The notes: a model not told the origin generated them from the sequence alone. DNA of 64,000 bases from Octopus vulgaris (GCA_951406725.2 OX597824.1:50902001-50966000); one strand, 5' to 3'. Positions 31,928-47,549 are shown, counted from the stretch's first letter. Translations and numbers: made by a program.

Positions 31928-32726
31928 CTATATTGATATATATGTTTATATTATATATATATATATATACATGTATATACATGTATATATATTGATATAT
32001 ATGTTTATATATGTATATATATTTATACATGTATATATATCTATATTGATATATATGTTTATATATATGTATATATATATGTGAGTGTGTGTCTTTCTGG
32101 TGGTTGTGTGTATGTGTGTGCATTTTTGTTTTAATGTCCCTTACTTCAGCGATTGTCACCGTCATGCAATAGGTAATCTTTGTTTCTAGTCGACTTCGTA
32201 ACCGTGCCTTGGCTTCGTGAAATATTACTGTTCTTGGAAACAAGTGACGGTTGGCAACCTGAAAGTGCCTGACTCGTGAAATGATGCCAAAGCGGAGGTT
32301 TCACAGGTACTTAATACGTGGGTAATAATATTTTCGACAATATATCTGGTTGTTCAAGTGCTTCACTGTGTATGTACATAAATCGTTGTTATGTACATCT
32401 CGATTGCTAACATTTATCAAAGGTTTCTCCCATTGTCTTGATGCGCCATTTTCTATCATTAAGAACCCTCACGGCATTTTGACTACACGGTTTGCTAGTA
32501 ATAAGAACAACAACAGCAACTTCTGATGTAGGAATAACGCCGGCAATTCTAATTGGGGTATAGTCGGAGCCACTGAATCCAGTACGTGACTGGTACTATT
32601 TTTTACCGACACTGGAGGCATGATAGGCAAGTTTCACTTCGGCTGCAAGTGAATTAAAAAAAAATGTAAGACTGAAAAAAATATCATAAATAATTTATTA
32701 CGACGTTCTAGCGATTGCACCAGCTC

Positions 32727-32792
<66 letters not shown>

Positions 32793-33914
32793 CATAGAGG
32801 TTAATACACGAGCGGATAATGTATTTGACTGCCAGCTGATAGGTGATGAGTTCAACGATGTAGTCAGCGAATCTTTGAAATTTTGAACCGGACAATCAAA
32901 TGTACGTGCCTCGGTGCATATACATGTCGGAAATGGATCATATCAGATCTCCAGACTCAATTCTTTGGCTTCAACCCATCGTAGAGAAGGCAGCAGGAAA
33001 CCAATGAAGTGTAACTTTGCCTTAAGAAATCCTGTTGTTATATTTTTATTTAACACATCGCCATGGAATATATTCTGTTTTTCATATTCTCTCTCTTTCC
33101 CCTCTGTCTCCCACGCTCTCTTTCTCTCTCTTTCTCTCTCTCATATACACGCATACAAACACATATGCACATATACACATATTCATGTGTGTGTATATAT
33201 ATATACATATATATATGTATGTATAAATACATAAATGCACAGACACAGACACAGACACACACACATACACATATATAAAGAGAGAGTGTACACTCTTGAG
33301 TGTACCTGTGTGCTTGGATATGTGTGTGTGTGTCTCTCCCTCTTTATATGTGTGCGTGTAGTTAATATTCATACATGCTATATATATATCATATGCATGT
33401 TTCTATATACATACCTTTATATTTGCATGGATGTTTATGTAAACTGACACACGCTCACACACGCATTTGTAAATGTAATGTGTGCTTTTATGCATTTGCG
33501 TTTGTGCAACTCCATATTTGTGCATGTGTGAATATGCGTTAGTATATATGTGTGCGTATGTGTATGTGTATGAATGTCTGTGAGTGTATATGAGAGCGTT
33601 TATGTGCACGGGCACGTGTGTGAGTACAAATAGAAAAATATATGAATCGATTCGGAATCATTTAGACAGTTATTTATGAGAAAATGGCACATAGAGCTTC
33701 TGAAGTGATGTCACAGTAGACAAGTAACGAAAGAAAGGAAGCACTCTCACACATTCACACTCATACACACACCCACACACCCCCACTCACACACACATAC
33801 ACAGAGGCACAAACACACGCACATACACACACATATATATATACGTGTACATATATATATTCCTATATATATATGCAGATACATGTGTGTGAGTGTATCT
33901 ATGAATACAACTTT

Positions 33915-33956
<42 letters not shown>

Positions 33957-33991
33957 TATACATATATACATATATATATATACATATATAC

Positions 33992-34024
<33 letters not shown>

Positions 34025-34102
34025 CATACATACATATATATATACACATATATACATACATATATATGTAAGTATATACATATATATATACATATATATA
34101 TG

Positions 34103-34183
<81 letters not shown>

Positions 34184-34685
34184 TGAATGTTTGTGTGTGT
34201 GTGAATATGTACATAACTACAAGGTGAAAAAAGGAAAACATCAGCAACAACAACAACGATCACAAATCAAATAAGAAACGAAAACCAAAGAAAAAAAACA
34301 AACAAACAAATAAACAACCAAAAACAAATGCTAACAAAATTTCCATATAACAATAACAAGGTAAAATGACGATCAATTTTCGGAAGTAACCCGTATAAAA
34401 ATAAGAAGGAAATCAACTAAAATAGCAAATATAGCAGAGAGTCATAAATTAAAGCATAGTAATAAAAGAGAGAAGAGAAAGAGTGAAATAAAGAACTATA
34501 AAAGTGAAGAAACAGACGCAAATGGCATTCCATTAAAATCATGTGACTGTAGAAAATGGTGGCTTCTTGTTGATAATTACATTTATAGGAGACTAGGGCA
34601 GAAAAATTCATATGCTCCATAAAAATTTTTCATTTCTATATTTTTCCTTTCTTACTTTCTCTACTTCTAGCTCTTTCGTTTCGTT

Positions 34686-34724
<39 letters not shown>

Positions 34725-35182
34725 CAAGCTCACTAATTCTTTATTTTCTCTCTTCTCTCTCACTCTTTCTCTCTCTCTTTTCTCTCCTCCTTTACACACT
34801 CAAATTCATTATTTGCCACTTCAGAGGAAAGTGTGCTTTTACAAACAAATACAAATATGTATATGTGTGTATATATATATTCATGGATACACGCATAAAT
34901 ACATACATATATATATATATATCTTTAGTGAGAAAGAGAGGAGCAGACAGACAAACAGACAGACAGATATATATACAAATATATGCTGTATATATGTATA
35001 TATATGTATGTAGATATATATATATGTCTACATGTATATATGTTATGTGTGTGTATATATGTATTTATATACTCATATACATATCTATCTCTCTATCTGT
35101 CTCTCTCTCTCTCTCTCTATGTATATATATATATGTGTGTGTGTGTATAGGGAGAGAGAGAGAGAGAAGGAGAGAGTTTGTG

Positions 35183-35234
<52 letters not shown>

Positions 35235-35387
35235 ATGTATATACACACACAAACAACACACATTCACACATATATTTAAGTGCGTTTATATGCAATATAG
35301 AATCATATAAATATCAATAATAATATTAAAATTATTGATTTGAATACATGAGTTTTACAGACATGTATATATAGACAAACACATACA

Positions 35388-35422
<35 letters not shown>

Positions 35423-36599
35423 GTATTTGTATTTGTACATATATATATACATACATGTGTATGTTTATACACAATATAATTTCCTGTACATATTTTCACG
35501 CATTCACCCGTATATATAAACGCTCAATACTCATACTACGCGAGCACGTACTCACTCACCCTCTTGCTCACTCTCGCATTCATTCATTCATTCACTCACT
35601 CACTCACTCACTCGCTCACCCATCCACTCATTCAGTCATATGAATGCGCAATATACTAAATTAACACACATATAAAAATATATATATGAATAATATATCA
35701 GAGCCAAATTGTTTTTCATTGGGTTCAGAAACCTGCTGACATAATTGACATTTTTTGATGGCGGCAATGTTGCGTAGAAATTTAGTTTCAAGTTGGACAT
35801 AGCAGAAGGGTTATGAACACATATACGATTGCATCGCAAACATACAATTATATATGCACTTAAGTTTACAGCATATATACATATAGAAACTATACTACCC
35901 GTATATATACGTAACATGTATATAAATAGATACATATATATATATTTATATACATACATGCACACAAATATATAAATACAAACATTCAGACACAGATATA
36001 CATGTGTGTATGCGTATGTGCGTGTGCATGTGTGTGTGTGTGTGCGCGCGCCTCTGTGTGTGTGTGTGTGTGCGTGCGTGCGTGCGTGTGTGTGCGTGTG
36101 TGCGCGCAATATGTTTGTAGGGAGGTCAGCAATTTTCATTGATGCGTTTTTTTCAGTCACACTACAACATAACTATTCGTGTGCGTGTACATATAAGTGT
36201 TTGTGTGTGTGTGTGTGTGTGTGTGTCTGCGCGCGTGTGTGTGTGTGGTTGTCTGCGCGCATGTGTGTGTATGTGCGCGCGTGTGAGTGTCTGGATTTGA
36301 GTGTTTGTATAACTTGACTTGTGCTTGTGCCAACCATGTAAGCCAAACCAATCTGTACATGTTTGGGTGGTCGGCATCCAAACTAGCAGCCCCATCAAGA
36401 TTTATTGACGAGGAAGATGCTTTTGCAACTGTGTCATAAAAGGCGATTCATGACTCTGTCACTTGAAACCTGCAGCGTTTGCAGTCTCTAGCCATCTTCT
36501 CTCTCTTTGCTTATTGCTAGTTTAATGGCTTCAATCTTTTAATGCGAGGCACTTGTATCGCACAAGCGTTTATCGGTATAAATTTTGATGTGCTGGTAA

Positions 36600-36800
36600 T
36601 ATCAGTTTCAAAGTTTAGCATAACGCCAGCAATTTCGGGGAGGGAGTTAGTCGATTACATCAACCCCAGTGCTCAGCTGCACTTATTTTATCAACCACAA
36701 AATGATGGAAAGCAAAGCCGACCTCGGCGGAATTTGAACTCAGAACGTAAAGACGAACGAAATGCTCCTAATTCATTTGCCTGATGTGCTAACGAATCTG
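36600..36800 (-). mobile_element. SINE family B copy
   Basis: gtcgattacatcaaccccagtgctcagctg...gacctcggcggaatttgaactcagaacgtaaagacg. Confidence 0.8.
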
Positions 36801-37289
36801 TCTTATGACCAGATAATATCAATGCACTTTTTACTCAACCACAGTCAAGATGATTATTTCATGCAGCTAAAAATAGACGATTGCTCATTCATTGCGGCAC
36901 ACGAGATGTCATTCTTGTCTGCAACGACGGAATACCACCATTTTCGTAGTTTCCTCGCTTGTGTGGATGCGGGATAGGCTGGGGCAGCCGTGGTTTGGAA
37001 TGCCCATATCGAGTGAAGCTTTGTGACTAGATATGGGTTGCCGATTGCTGTGTGGAATCCATCGAATATATTCGACCTGTAATTAACTACTAATATTGTC
37101 ATACACTGTGTCAAATAAATTCTACCTGAAAATAATGCCTATGAAGCAAGCGCCAGTTCGGACACTTACATATTCACTCTGTAATTAGCTACAAACCGGT
37201 GCAGCTCCGTCCTCCATTGATATGTTATCGGTGCCTGTGGGATGAGCGTGTGTCTGCATGTATGTTCGTGTGTACATTTATATATATCT

Positions 37290-37820
<531 letters not shown>

Positions 37821-38208
37821 ATCTTATCAAATGCTGGTTGGTATCTATATATAAACGATTCTCTAAAGGAATCGAATGAAATTAAGATCACATAAGGATT
37901 TGATTGTTATTTGACCATCTCCTCCTTGGTCTACCCCCAGGTCATCTTCCCTTTCTTTTTCTATTCTATGATGACGTAAATATACTTTTTACATATATGG
38001 GCATCTATTGTTCTTTATATTGCATTTTTGTTATTAATACTGATGAAGTGAGCCGGCTACATTCTTGTTGAATAGGGCTTATAGGCTTGTTTTAACGGTA
38101 GTTTGTTTTCAGAAACTCGCGTGTACACTATATAAGGCATAAATACTGGTTAATGTTTTGTGTTCCTTTTCAATGCATATATCTTTGTACATATACACGC
38201 ACACACGC

Positions 38209-38269
<61 letters not shown>

Positions 38270-38516
38270 CACACACACATACATACACGCACACATAACA
38301 AGTGTAACAATTTAAGTTCATTCTTCGCGTTTGTTAAAATCACGTAGGTGCTACGACGTAGCAATGACTACCTATTTAGTTGTTGAGCACTCGTTGTAAT
38401 TAACATCTTATCAAAGTTCGGGCGCATCTATCTATTATGTGTGTCAGTGTGTGCGTGCGTGTGTGCATGTGCTTGTGTGTGTGTATGTGAGCCTCCATGT
38501 ATAAGTTATTTACAAG

Positions 38517-38564
<48 letters not shown>

Positions 38565-38580
38565 AATACACACCTACATT

Positions 38581-38662
<82 letters not shown>

Positions 38663-38785
38663 TATCATACATATATCTACATACTTAAATTCTCTTTACG
38701 TGAAAACCACACTTTTGTTCATATTTGTTATTTCATTATTTTTTTACTATTATTTTTACTATATATATGTGTGTGTGTATGTGTG

Positions 38786-38855
<70 letters not shown>

Positions 38856-39313
38856 ACAATCAATATAGAGCGTAGGGATGTAATGCTATTATAAAGCAGT
38901 TCGACAACTGTCCGTAGCCACCCATCATCTGCTACCCCTGTTAAAGAGACAGTCAACAGGAACAATGACGGCACATTACAAGATGTTTAAGCAAAGGCGG
39001 ACGGAAGTGAACCTAACCGGAAGTTTGTTACTCACAGCATGCTCAGTTACATCCGTCGGCAGCAATGCAATGTTAATGGTATTTTCAAATTGAATACATA
39101 ACGGAAGTGATCCTCATTTAGTTAGTAATGTTGTTATCGATGCTTCGGATTTTGCTTTGCTTCATTATTGCTTTTGTAGTATTTGTTGCTGTTGCTGTTA
39201 GTGTTGTTTTTGTTTATATGTTGTCGAGAAAGGGTCTCGTATTACTGTGATCATCATCGTTATTTTTTTGCCTATTATCATTATCAACGTCATCATCATC
39301 ATCGTTGTTGTTG

Positions 39314-39363
<50 letters not shown>

Positions 39364-39738
39364 GTTGTTGTTGTTGTTGTCGTCGTCGTCGTCATCATCA
39401 TCATCATCATCATCATAATTACTACTATTAATACTATTATTGCTAACATCAGTATGTTTTTTTTAATTATTCTTGTTTTGTTTTTGTTTTCTCTTTTTTT
39501 TTTTGCTCCTGATCACATTTACTTCTTGATGTCGTCGTTGTTGTGTTCTTTTTTCCCGTCTTTGTATCATGTAATTGTTGCTGCATGTTTCATTTTATTT
39601 CTGATTACTTTTTTTCTGATTACTTAGGGCTTGTCATGTTACCATCGTTGATAAATTCACTCGATTCTAAGTGTATGCCCACATGCATGTGTTCATACAC
39701 ACACACACACATATACAAACAAATGTGCGTATGTGTGC

Positions 39739-39808
<70 letters not shown>

Positions 39809-40412
39809 TGTATACAGGTGTGTGCGTGTTTCCATACATAGAAGGAGAATGAATGCAAGAAGTAAACTCAGGGTTGATAGTGATAGTTATATACATTACA
39901 TATACTAACACAGTCATATATGCATGCACGCACGCGCGTGTGTATGTGTGCGACTGACTTTGTGACGCTCGTTTCTTTTCTAAAGGAAACATGTGAAGCA
40001 AGAGAGGCGAATCGCTTCACACTGCAGGATGAACCCTTACTTTTGGACTTCATTTTAGTCACCGAAAAATTGCAACTCTTTTTTAATCCTAGCTTTATAG
40101 CTTTGAAACAAAAGACTGATATAGATGATGTGAGCTATCTCCGGGATTGGAAGTAAGTTTATTCGAGATGTCTGCATGGCATCTCGAATAAGCTTACTTT
40201 TCTAAATGAAAAGTCGTTCTGTTGTTTTAAAACAAAGAATACAATTCAGTGGATTCGAACACGGGATCTACATATTCGGGCTCTCTTTCTCATTTCGCAC
40301 GTATTTTTTTCTCCTTCTTCTCAAGCCACTTCTCTCTTTCTCCATTTCCCTTCACCTCTCTCTTTCTCCGTTTGTGTGAATTTCTCTTTCTCTGATTGTC
40401 TGTGTATGTATG

Positions 40413-40458
<46 letters not shown>

Positions 40459-41883
40459 AGTACATAAACATTGATAGAGATATAGAGATATACATACATA
40501 TAAGTATATACGCATACATATATATATAATTATATATACATATATATATTATACACACACACGCATATATATATGTATACGTATAGCATATAAACATATA
40601 TATATATAGGCACACACATTTGTACATAAGTGTGTGTGTATGTATGTATGTATGTGAGTGTGTTTGTGCGTGTGGTGTGTAATCACTGGTTTCCAATCGT
40701 CCATCAGGTATCGTCCAGGTATTGGCTAATGGTGTCATGGCATCAGCAGAATACGTAATTACCAGAAAAGTCACAATAATGATTTATAACGAACGAACAA
40801 AAAGGGTTTCATTTTACAACGGTGTGTATGACAATGAAAATATGGCTTCTTTCTTTCCTATCTTTCCTTTTATCTCATTTTATTTCTGTAGCATTTTCTG
40901 TCTCATTTTGTTATTTCATTTGTAATGTTCTAATAAAAAGTACTCTGCTTATTTTACACAACTGACTATTCAGCTGGTGATTGTAATCAGAAACCCCATG
41001 TCATTTTGATCCTATTAGATATGTCAATTAAACTGGGCTAGGACGAAGAACATTTGTTAAAACTGAAAAGGACCGGGGAGGAAATGAAAACAGGCAGATA
41101 AGTCTGCTTCCATGTGCTAGCAATGAATGATATTGTGGCATCTCTCTTCCGATCCTTTGACTGGATATGGAGTGCAGTGTCAACCGTTATTAAGAATATA
41201 TCTTCTGAATAACTGATCATGTATGAATATCTTGTATATAAACAATTGTAATCAAGAAAGTTCTAGCTTTTGGTTGGTGAATAAACGTTTATTTTTAATT
41301 ATATGACCATTTCCATATACACTTCCTTATCCTTATATATTTTGAAAATGAAAGCAATATGATATTTACATATCAATTGTAATTTCACAGCTACATAGTT
41401 TCCAGATTAATAACTGCTTTTCAGCAGCTCGTGGTGAGTTATGGATTTAAAATCCCCCTACAGAAGATCGTAGTCATACTACAACCTGTATCAGGCAAGC
41501 CACATATACCACTATCGAAATACATCAAAATTGTTGCTGCTATGTTGTATACGTTTCTAGTAAAAGGAGACCAATATACTTCGTAGCTTTTTTCACATAT
41601 TCAACAAATACCATTGGACAAGGCACAAACGGCAAACCTCTCCAATCGATGAAGCCAAACAAGGATCACCAATTGAAGGGTGGCTTGAATCTCTAGAAGT
41701 AAATGTATTAAACATCTGATTTTGCGAAACATAAACATGAATTCATTCACACTCAAGAAGATGCATGTGCGAGTGCACCTGCACTTATATGTATGTGTAT
41801 ACATATATATGTATGTGCTTATATGTGTGTGCGTCTCCTGCTCTTACACACACACACACACACATCCTCTCTCTCTCTCTCTC

Positions 41884-41959
<76 letters not shown>

Positions 41960-42195
41960 GTATGTTGGTGCAAACAGGAAAGACAGAACTCAAAATATGA
42001 GCATATATATATTTTTATTAATTTTTACTTGAAGCAACAGAATGACTCAAGGGCCAAGAGTTTTGTACGTTGGCACTTATCAAACTCTAAGTTTCATAAG
42101 TGCCAACTCTCCTCCCTTGAGTCACTCTTGCTTCTAATAAATATTATTAAACACACACACACACAAACGTACGCACGCACACACACACACACACG

Positions 42196-42235
<40 letters not shown>

Positions 42236-43571
42236 CACACATACATAACCAAGACATATTTTAATGTGCTTTCTTTCTCTATATCCACCAAATGCATCTG
42301 CGCAAACACACACATCTACAATAAAGCATTGCTGTGTTTAAGTTGAATGACAGCCATCTTGAAATATCGGTTCGCTATCGATGGAATGAATCATGTTGCG
42401 TTGATTCCGTTCCAGATTTAATAATGTCAAATGAAAGGATATGTGTCATGATACAGAATGGTGATGGTCGGTTAAAGATAAAAGCAATTTGTTGCCATTT
42501 TAGCTTAATACATTACATGTCTTAGGTGTTGTAACTAACATCAAACCTAAGTTCAATAGTAGGAAATAACTGTGTGGAAGAATCTCAGGTACGTAGTCTG
42601 TGTTGGTCAGTTAACTTTATGTGGATAATATAGCAGTGATGTGGCTGGCGTGTTGTAGAGTCGTCTCTGGTTTTGTTGGTTTGATAATGTAAAAGATAAC
42701 GTCGTGAATGTTTATAGAATGGAGAATAAAAGAAAATTGAATTAGTGCTTTTAGTCCAGTGTGTTGTCGCCAGTGAAATATATTCAAAGTGATGTAAGCA
42801 GGAGTTTTAACGAGAGCAGCTACAATATCGATTGCTGGTTGAAAGGAGAAGAATGAAGGAAGCTGAGGAAATAACACTGCGTGAAGAACTCCAATTGGAA
42901 AAGTTCAGAGCCCGTTAAGATAACAATGCTCTGTAAACAGAAAATATTAAGTAACTGCAGATGTATAAATAGTGGTAAAAAAGACGAAAATGAAATGTTT
43001 CCGTTTATTTGAGAGAATTATTGACGATGGAAGCTATAAGTAATCATTCATAATGATACTTATCTAATGATCTAAAATGGCGGATACAGTTTAATGGAAA
43101 ACACAATAGTGTAGAGCCTAAAAGTGACCATACCGAAAAAATACTAATACATATCCATTTTCCTAAGCATGTTTTAAATACAATTGTGCATAGTGCTGAG
43201 AAATGTACCACTGACAAGAGCTTTCTCCCTATTTAGAGCACCAAGAGCAAATCGATCTGACAAAAATGAAAGTTTCAGCTAAAGAAATTTGTCGGTTTCA
43301 CGACCATCCACTGACCGAAAGAGTTGTTCACTTAGGGGTGTCACTCATTAACAAGCAAAGCTGAATTTATCCTGTTGCATATAATTTAATAAGGTTCCTT
43401 GTTGAATAATTATTATTGCGTCACCCTATCACTTTCAAGTAACTGCAGTTGTATAGAATCACAATATTTTGAACTTTTGTAGTAATACGGTGACATTTTA
43501 TAATTGAGGCTGTGGTGAACAGTCTTATCTACGCAAAAATTTCTCCTTGCACACACACAAACAAACACACA

Positions 43572-43632
<61 letters not shown>

Positions 43633-44111
43633 GCACGCACGCCCAAACACTCGCTCACATACATACACACACACACTTATGGGCAGATAGATGTAGATAC
43701 ATATATGTGTGTCTTTTTTGTGTATGTACGCGTGTGTGCGTATGTGTGTGTCGTGTACTGTTAGCTTGTTGATAGGATCATCAAAAAGCACTGAATGAGA
43801 AATAAATATCATTTAGGGAATGCTGGTATTATACAAGAGCTACTTGATGTTTCACGTTTGGAAAGTATAGTAACGTATAGCGTACTTACCCGCCTATTAT
43901 TCTTGCTTAAAACAATATGGATTCTCCCTAAGGAAAACTGAGAAAAAATACGAGAAAAGGTAACTAGGAAAATATTAAGAATCGCAGGCATGGCCCTGTG
44001 GTTAGAAACTTGCTTCCCAAGGGCATGTGCCCTCTATTATAATCTCGGGTCGACCAAAGCCGTGTGAGTGGACGTAGTAGACGAAACTGAAAAGTCCGTC
44101 ATATATATACA

Positions 44112-44156
<45 letters not shown>

Positions 44157-44159
44157 CCG

Positions 44160-44647
44160 TCGTTCGAAAATATATATAATGTTCAAAGTGGCATACCGTT
44201 ACTGATCTAATAAATGGAAACATTATCGCTATCTTAACTTTAAGGTACTGTTACTGAACATCTCTCGTTGAGAGATTTAGGAACAGTAATGCTTCTATTT
44301 ATTAGATCATTGAATGTGTATCAGTTTGAAAATTACATATATATTTTCGAACGAGGATTTAGCAGCGCCGTCTCAGTCAAGCAGCAGCTATTCTGTACTG
44401 AAGAAGTGAAATAACCCAGAAACTGTGGTCCACAGATATTGCTTTGTGCTGGGTGGTGGTGCTAAACTCCCTGTTGGAAAATATAAGAACACAGATAGTG
44501 TGTCGTACAGCCAGCTGGAGACGATGTTTCCTGAAGCTAAACAACAGTAATATTCATCTCAACCGGAACTGCCACATTATTTTTACTTTAAGGTACTGTT
44601 ACTGAATGTCTCTCGTTGAGAGATTTAGGAACAATGATATTTCTATT

Positions 44648-44650
<3 letters not shown>
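44160..44650 (+). mobile_element. Retrozyme-like / PLE terminal-repeat unit (~348 nt period) with HHR and an inverted 5' segment
   Basis: Direct repeat 44237-44300 and 44585-44648; inverted repeat 44161-44230 versus 44286-44353; HHR at 44392-44436; (TA)n on both sides. Confidence 0.6.
44392..44436 (+). ncRNA. Type-I hammerhead ribozyme (canonical CUGAAGA core, decayed stems)
   Basis: TCTGTA CTGAAGA agtgaaataaccca GAAA CTGTGG TC CACAGA; CTGTGG could be CpG-decayed CCGCGG. Confidence 0.55.
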
Positions 44651-44704
<54 letters not shown>

Positions 44705-44709
44705 TTATA

Positions 44710-44797
44710 TATTTTATAGAAGGATCTTCTACAGGACTAGAACTGTTTCATTTGAATGAAACAGTTCTAGTCCTGTAGAAGCTCCTTCTATAAAATA
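44710..44797. repeat. Near-perfect ~43 bp hairpin
   Basis: attttatagaaggatcttctacaggactagaactgtttcatt-tg-aatgaaacagttctagtcctgtagaagctccttctataaaat, one mismatch. Confidence 0.9.
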
Positions 44798-44865
44798 AAT
44801 TAATTTACTCTGCTATGTATTGAGTACCTTATTTACTGTGGTTAACCCCGACTCAACCCGGGACC

Positions 44866-44920
<55 letters not shown>

Positions 44921-46269
44921 GTCTTTGCGGATGTGTTTGTATTGTGAAAGCCCGTTTAGTCAGACTGTTTACAAAATTTTACTTTATATACCATTGCCTT
45001 CATTATTGTTTTGTTAATCTAATTCCCTAAATATGTATTTCCATTTTGAGGTATGAAGACCATCTCCTAAAGATTTATCGTTGAACATTTACATATCATG
45101 TTCCAATAATATAAGATAACAATCAAATGTCTTGGTCTCCGGCGGTAGTATCTACAATTTCTCATTAGTTTGCTATAGATGTTTTCTTTTTCTCACATTT
45201 CTTATCTCAGACTTGAACTAGTTTAGTAGGAGACTTGATGCATACTTTGATACGGAGAATAGTACAACGGGAAAGAAGTTACTTTAGCCAATCAGCAACA
45301 AAGACAGCTATATTCTCTTCATGTATGAGAAAAACTGTTACAGTCACTTTCCTTGATTTCTAATAACAAAATATCTCTAAAATGTCTGACCTGGTCACAG
45401 ACAATTCTATAACATCTGAAACTTTATGAGTGACCAGTTCGCAGAAATTTAACAAAACATTTTAGCACCTCATAACACCGTGTGACTTGCTACCCACTGT
45501 CCTTGGATTGCAACTGTTATTTTGTATTTGCTTACCCGTAGAAAATATGAAAAATAGCTAATATTTCCTTCAAACTTTGCTTTTGTTACATTAATTCAGA
45601 CCCCCAAAGAACCCCTCTACTCCTGCTCATGATCAGAGATGTACATATTGTCAGCCACTAAGGGACATGTTCAAGTGGTTAAGGTCAAGCAACTGACAAG
45701 CAAATATGTGGTATTTGCAGAATATTTGCTGTAATGATATTTATGCTTCAGCAACTCAGCCCTGAATTTGTCTGAATTGTAATGGAAAATAGGTCAGTTT
45801 CAGAACATTGATGTCCTGGTCACAAAAGTAAAGTTTGAAGGGAATAGAAGTCATTTCCTTTGATTACTAGAAACATATAGGAAATAACACTTATTGTTCA
45901 AAGACAAAAAAGTGAAAATTTTTCTAGACGGTGTAAAATTGATAAGCAAACCGTGAATGAACGTAAATATTTTATATGTTCTTAATTGTCTAAAATGAGT
46001 CTTCCACGATTTATTATTATTACATCGTACATTTTGGTCTTTGGGACTATCCTTTCTAGGCACAGTACTCGGTCCCTACATCATTCTTCATAGGTAGATG
46101 GTATCATGATGCATGTATGTTATTTTCTCCTTTTGACTATTTAAATTCTTCCCTCAACAAAGAAGTTGGTTTTTATCAAGGAAACAAAGCTCTACCACTG
46201 GAATTTGGATAACAATACTGATGTGATCTGTTGAACTTTAGAAAAGCCGGACATATTTTTACGTTTCAC

Positions 46270-46560
46270 CTTAGATTCAATCTGCAAAGTGCGTCATCGA
46301 CGGTAACTTTCTTTGCCTGACAACACTGGTTGTTCCTGATTTTCTCTTTAACATTTATTGACAGAGCCATATGCACCAATAATTATTGGTATAAAGTGGA
46401 GTTTATAATCAAAGTAGTTGAGGAATTCAAAGTAGTTGTTCATAAATATTCTCCATCCTCTGATTTGAGAAGGAAATATTCACATCTGCGGAGCGGCTGA
46501 CCTCTATGACATGACTCTTCTTTTCTTACCCAAATAACTATATGAGATCTTTTGTGTTTG
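46270..46560 (-). mobile_element. Degenerate RLE-type LINE endonuclease fragment
   Basis: Minus strand reads HVIEVSRSADVNI...ENIYEQL...DYKLHFIPIIIGAYG; a related KENIYSKLMRN remnant lies at ~45160-45195. Confidence 0.5.
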
Positions 46561-46607
46561 CACTTCGCAGAAATATGCATGTACATATATACCAATCTAT
46601 CTATCTG

Positions 46608-46743
46608 TCCGTATGTATCTATGTGTGGGTATGCATGTGTTAAAGAATGAAGATACGTGTATATGAAATTGGATATCCGTATGTATCTATGTGTGGGTAT
46701 GTATGTGTTTAAGAATGAAGATACGTGGATATGAAATTGGATA
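46608..46743. repeat. Tandem duplication, 68 bp x2
   Basis: tccgtatgtatctatgtgtgggtatg...atatgaaattggata occurs twice. Confidence 0.9.
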
Positions 46744-47549
46744 ATCTGGACGTCTTATATAACTGGGTTGAACTGATGGCCATGTGAATATACTAAAGAA
46801 TCTGTTCTGGCTTTCAATTCACTGCATCATCATATATCGTCATGTGAAGGGTGTTAAAGTAACTATGTCCAAAGAGTGTTATATCTGAGTTAGCCTTTGG
46901 CAAGTTAAGTGGAAAGGAGGACGCAGAAACAACATTAAGTTATAGTAATCACGGCAACCATAGCTTCAGGAACCAAATTGTCAGCAAACTACAATCAAGA
47001 AAGTGACATATGTGTACCTAACAGCTCAAAAGTATAGAAGCACTTGTAGTGCAGTTAACAGAAGTAAAAGTATACTAAACAAGAAATGCCTTCTCCAGCT
47101 GCACCTCCCACAGCAGAAATAGCTGCATTAGTTAGAGAGAATGTAACAGAAACCACATGATCAGTATGTGCTACTGTTACTACACCCAGATCAAAAATTG
47201 TGTATATACTCGTTATGATAAGATCAGCAGTTACAATAACTGCCAATGTTTTCATATCTGCAGAAACAGAAAACTACAGTAAGTGCAGAAACTACAATGT
47301 TTTGTTTTAGCGAAAAGAAGAGAGAAACTGTAGCAGTTGATGCATCAACAGCTTAGACTACTCAAAATAACAGTGATTGTAATGGGAGAATAGATTGCTC
47401 AACAAGTCAGAAATAGCAGCTAAATCTTTCTGGAAAAGACAACTCTGCATAATGCAATATTAAATACGATATGTATAAATGAAATATCGGGTGATTATTG
47501 ATGGAAAATCTTGGCTTAAATTTTTCGTCAGTCTTCACCCGGGGTTAAT

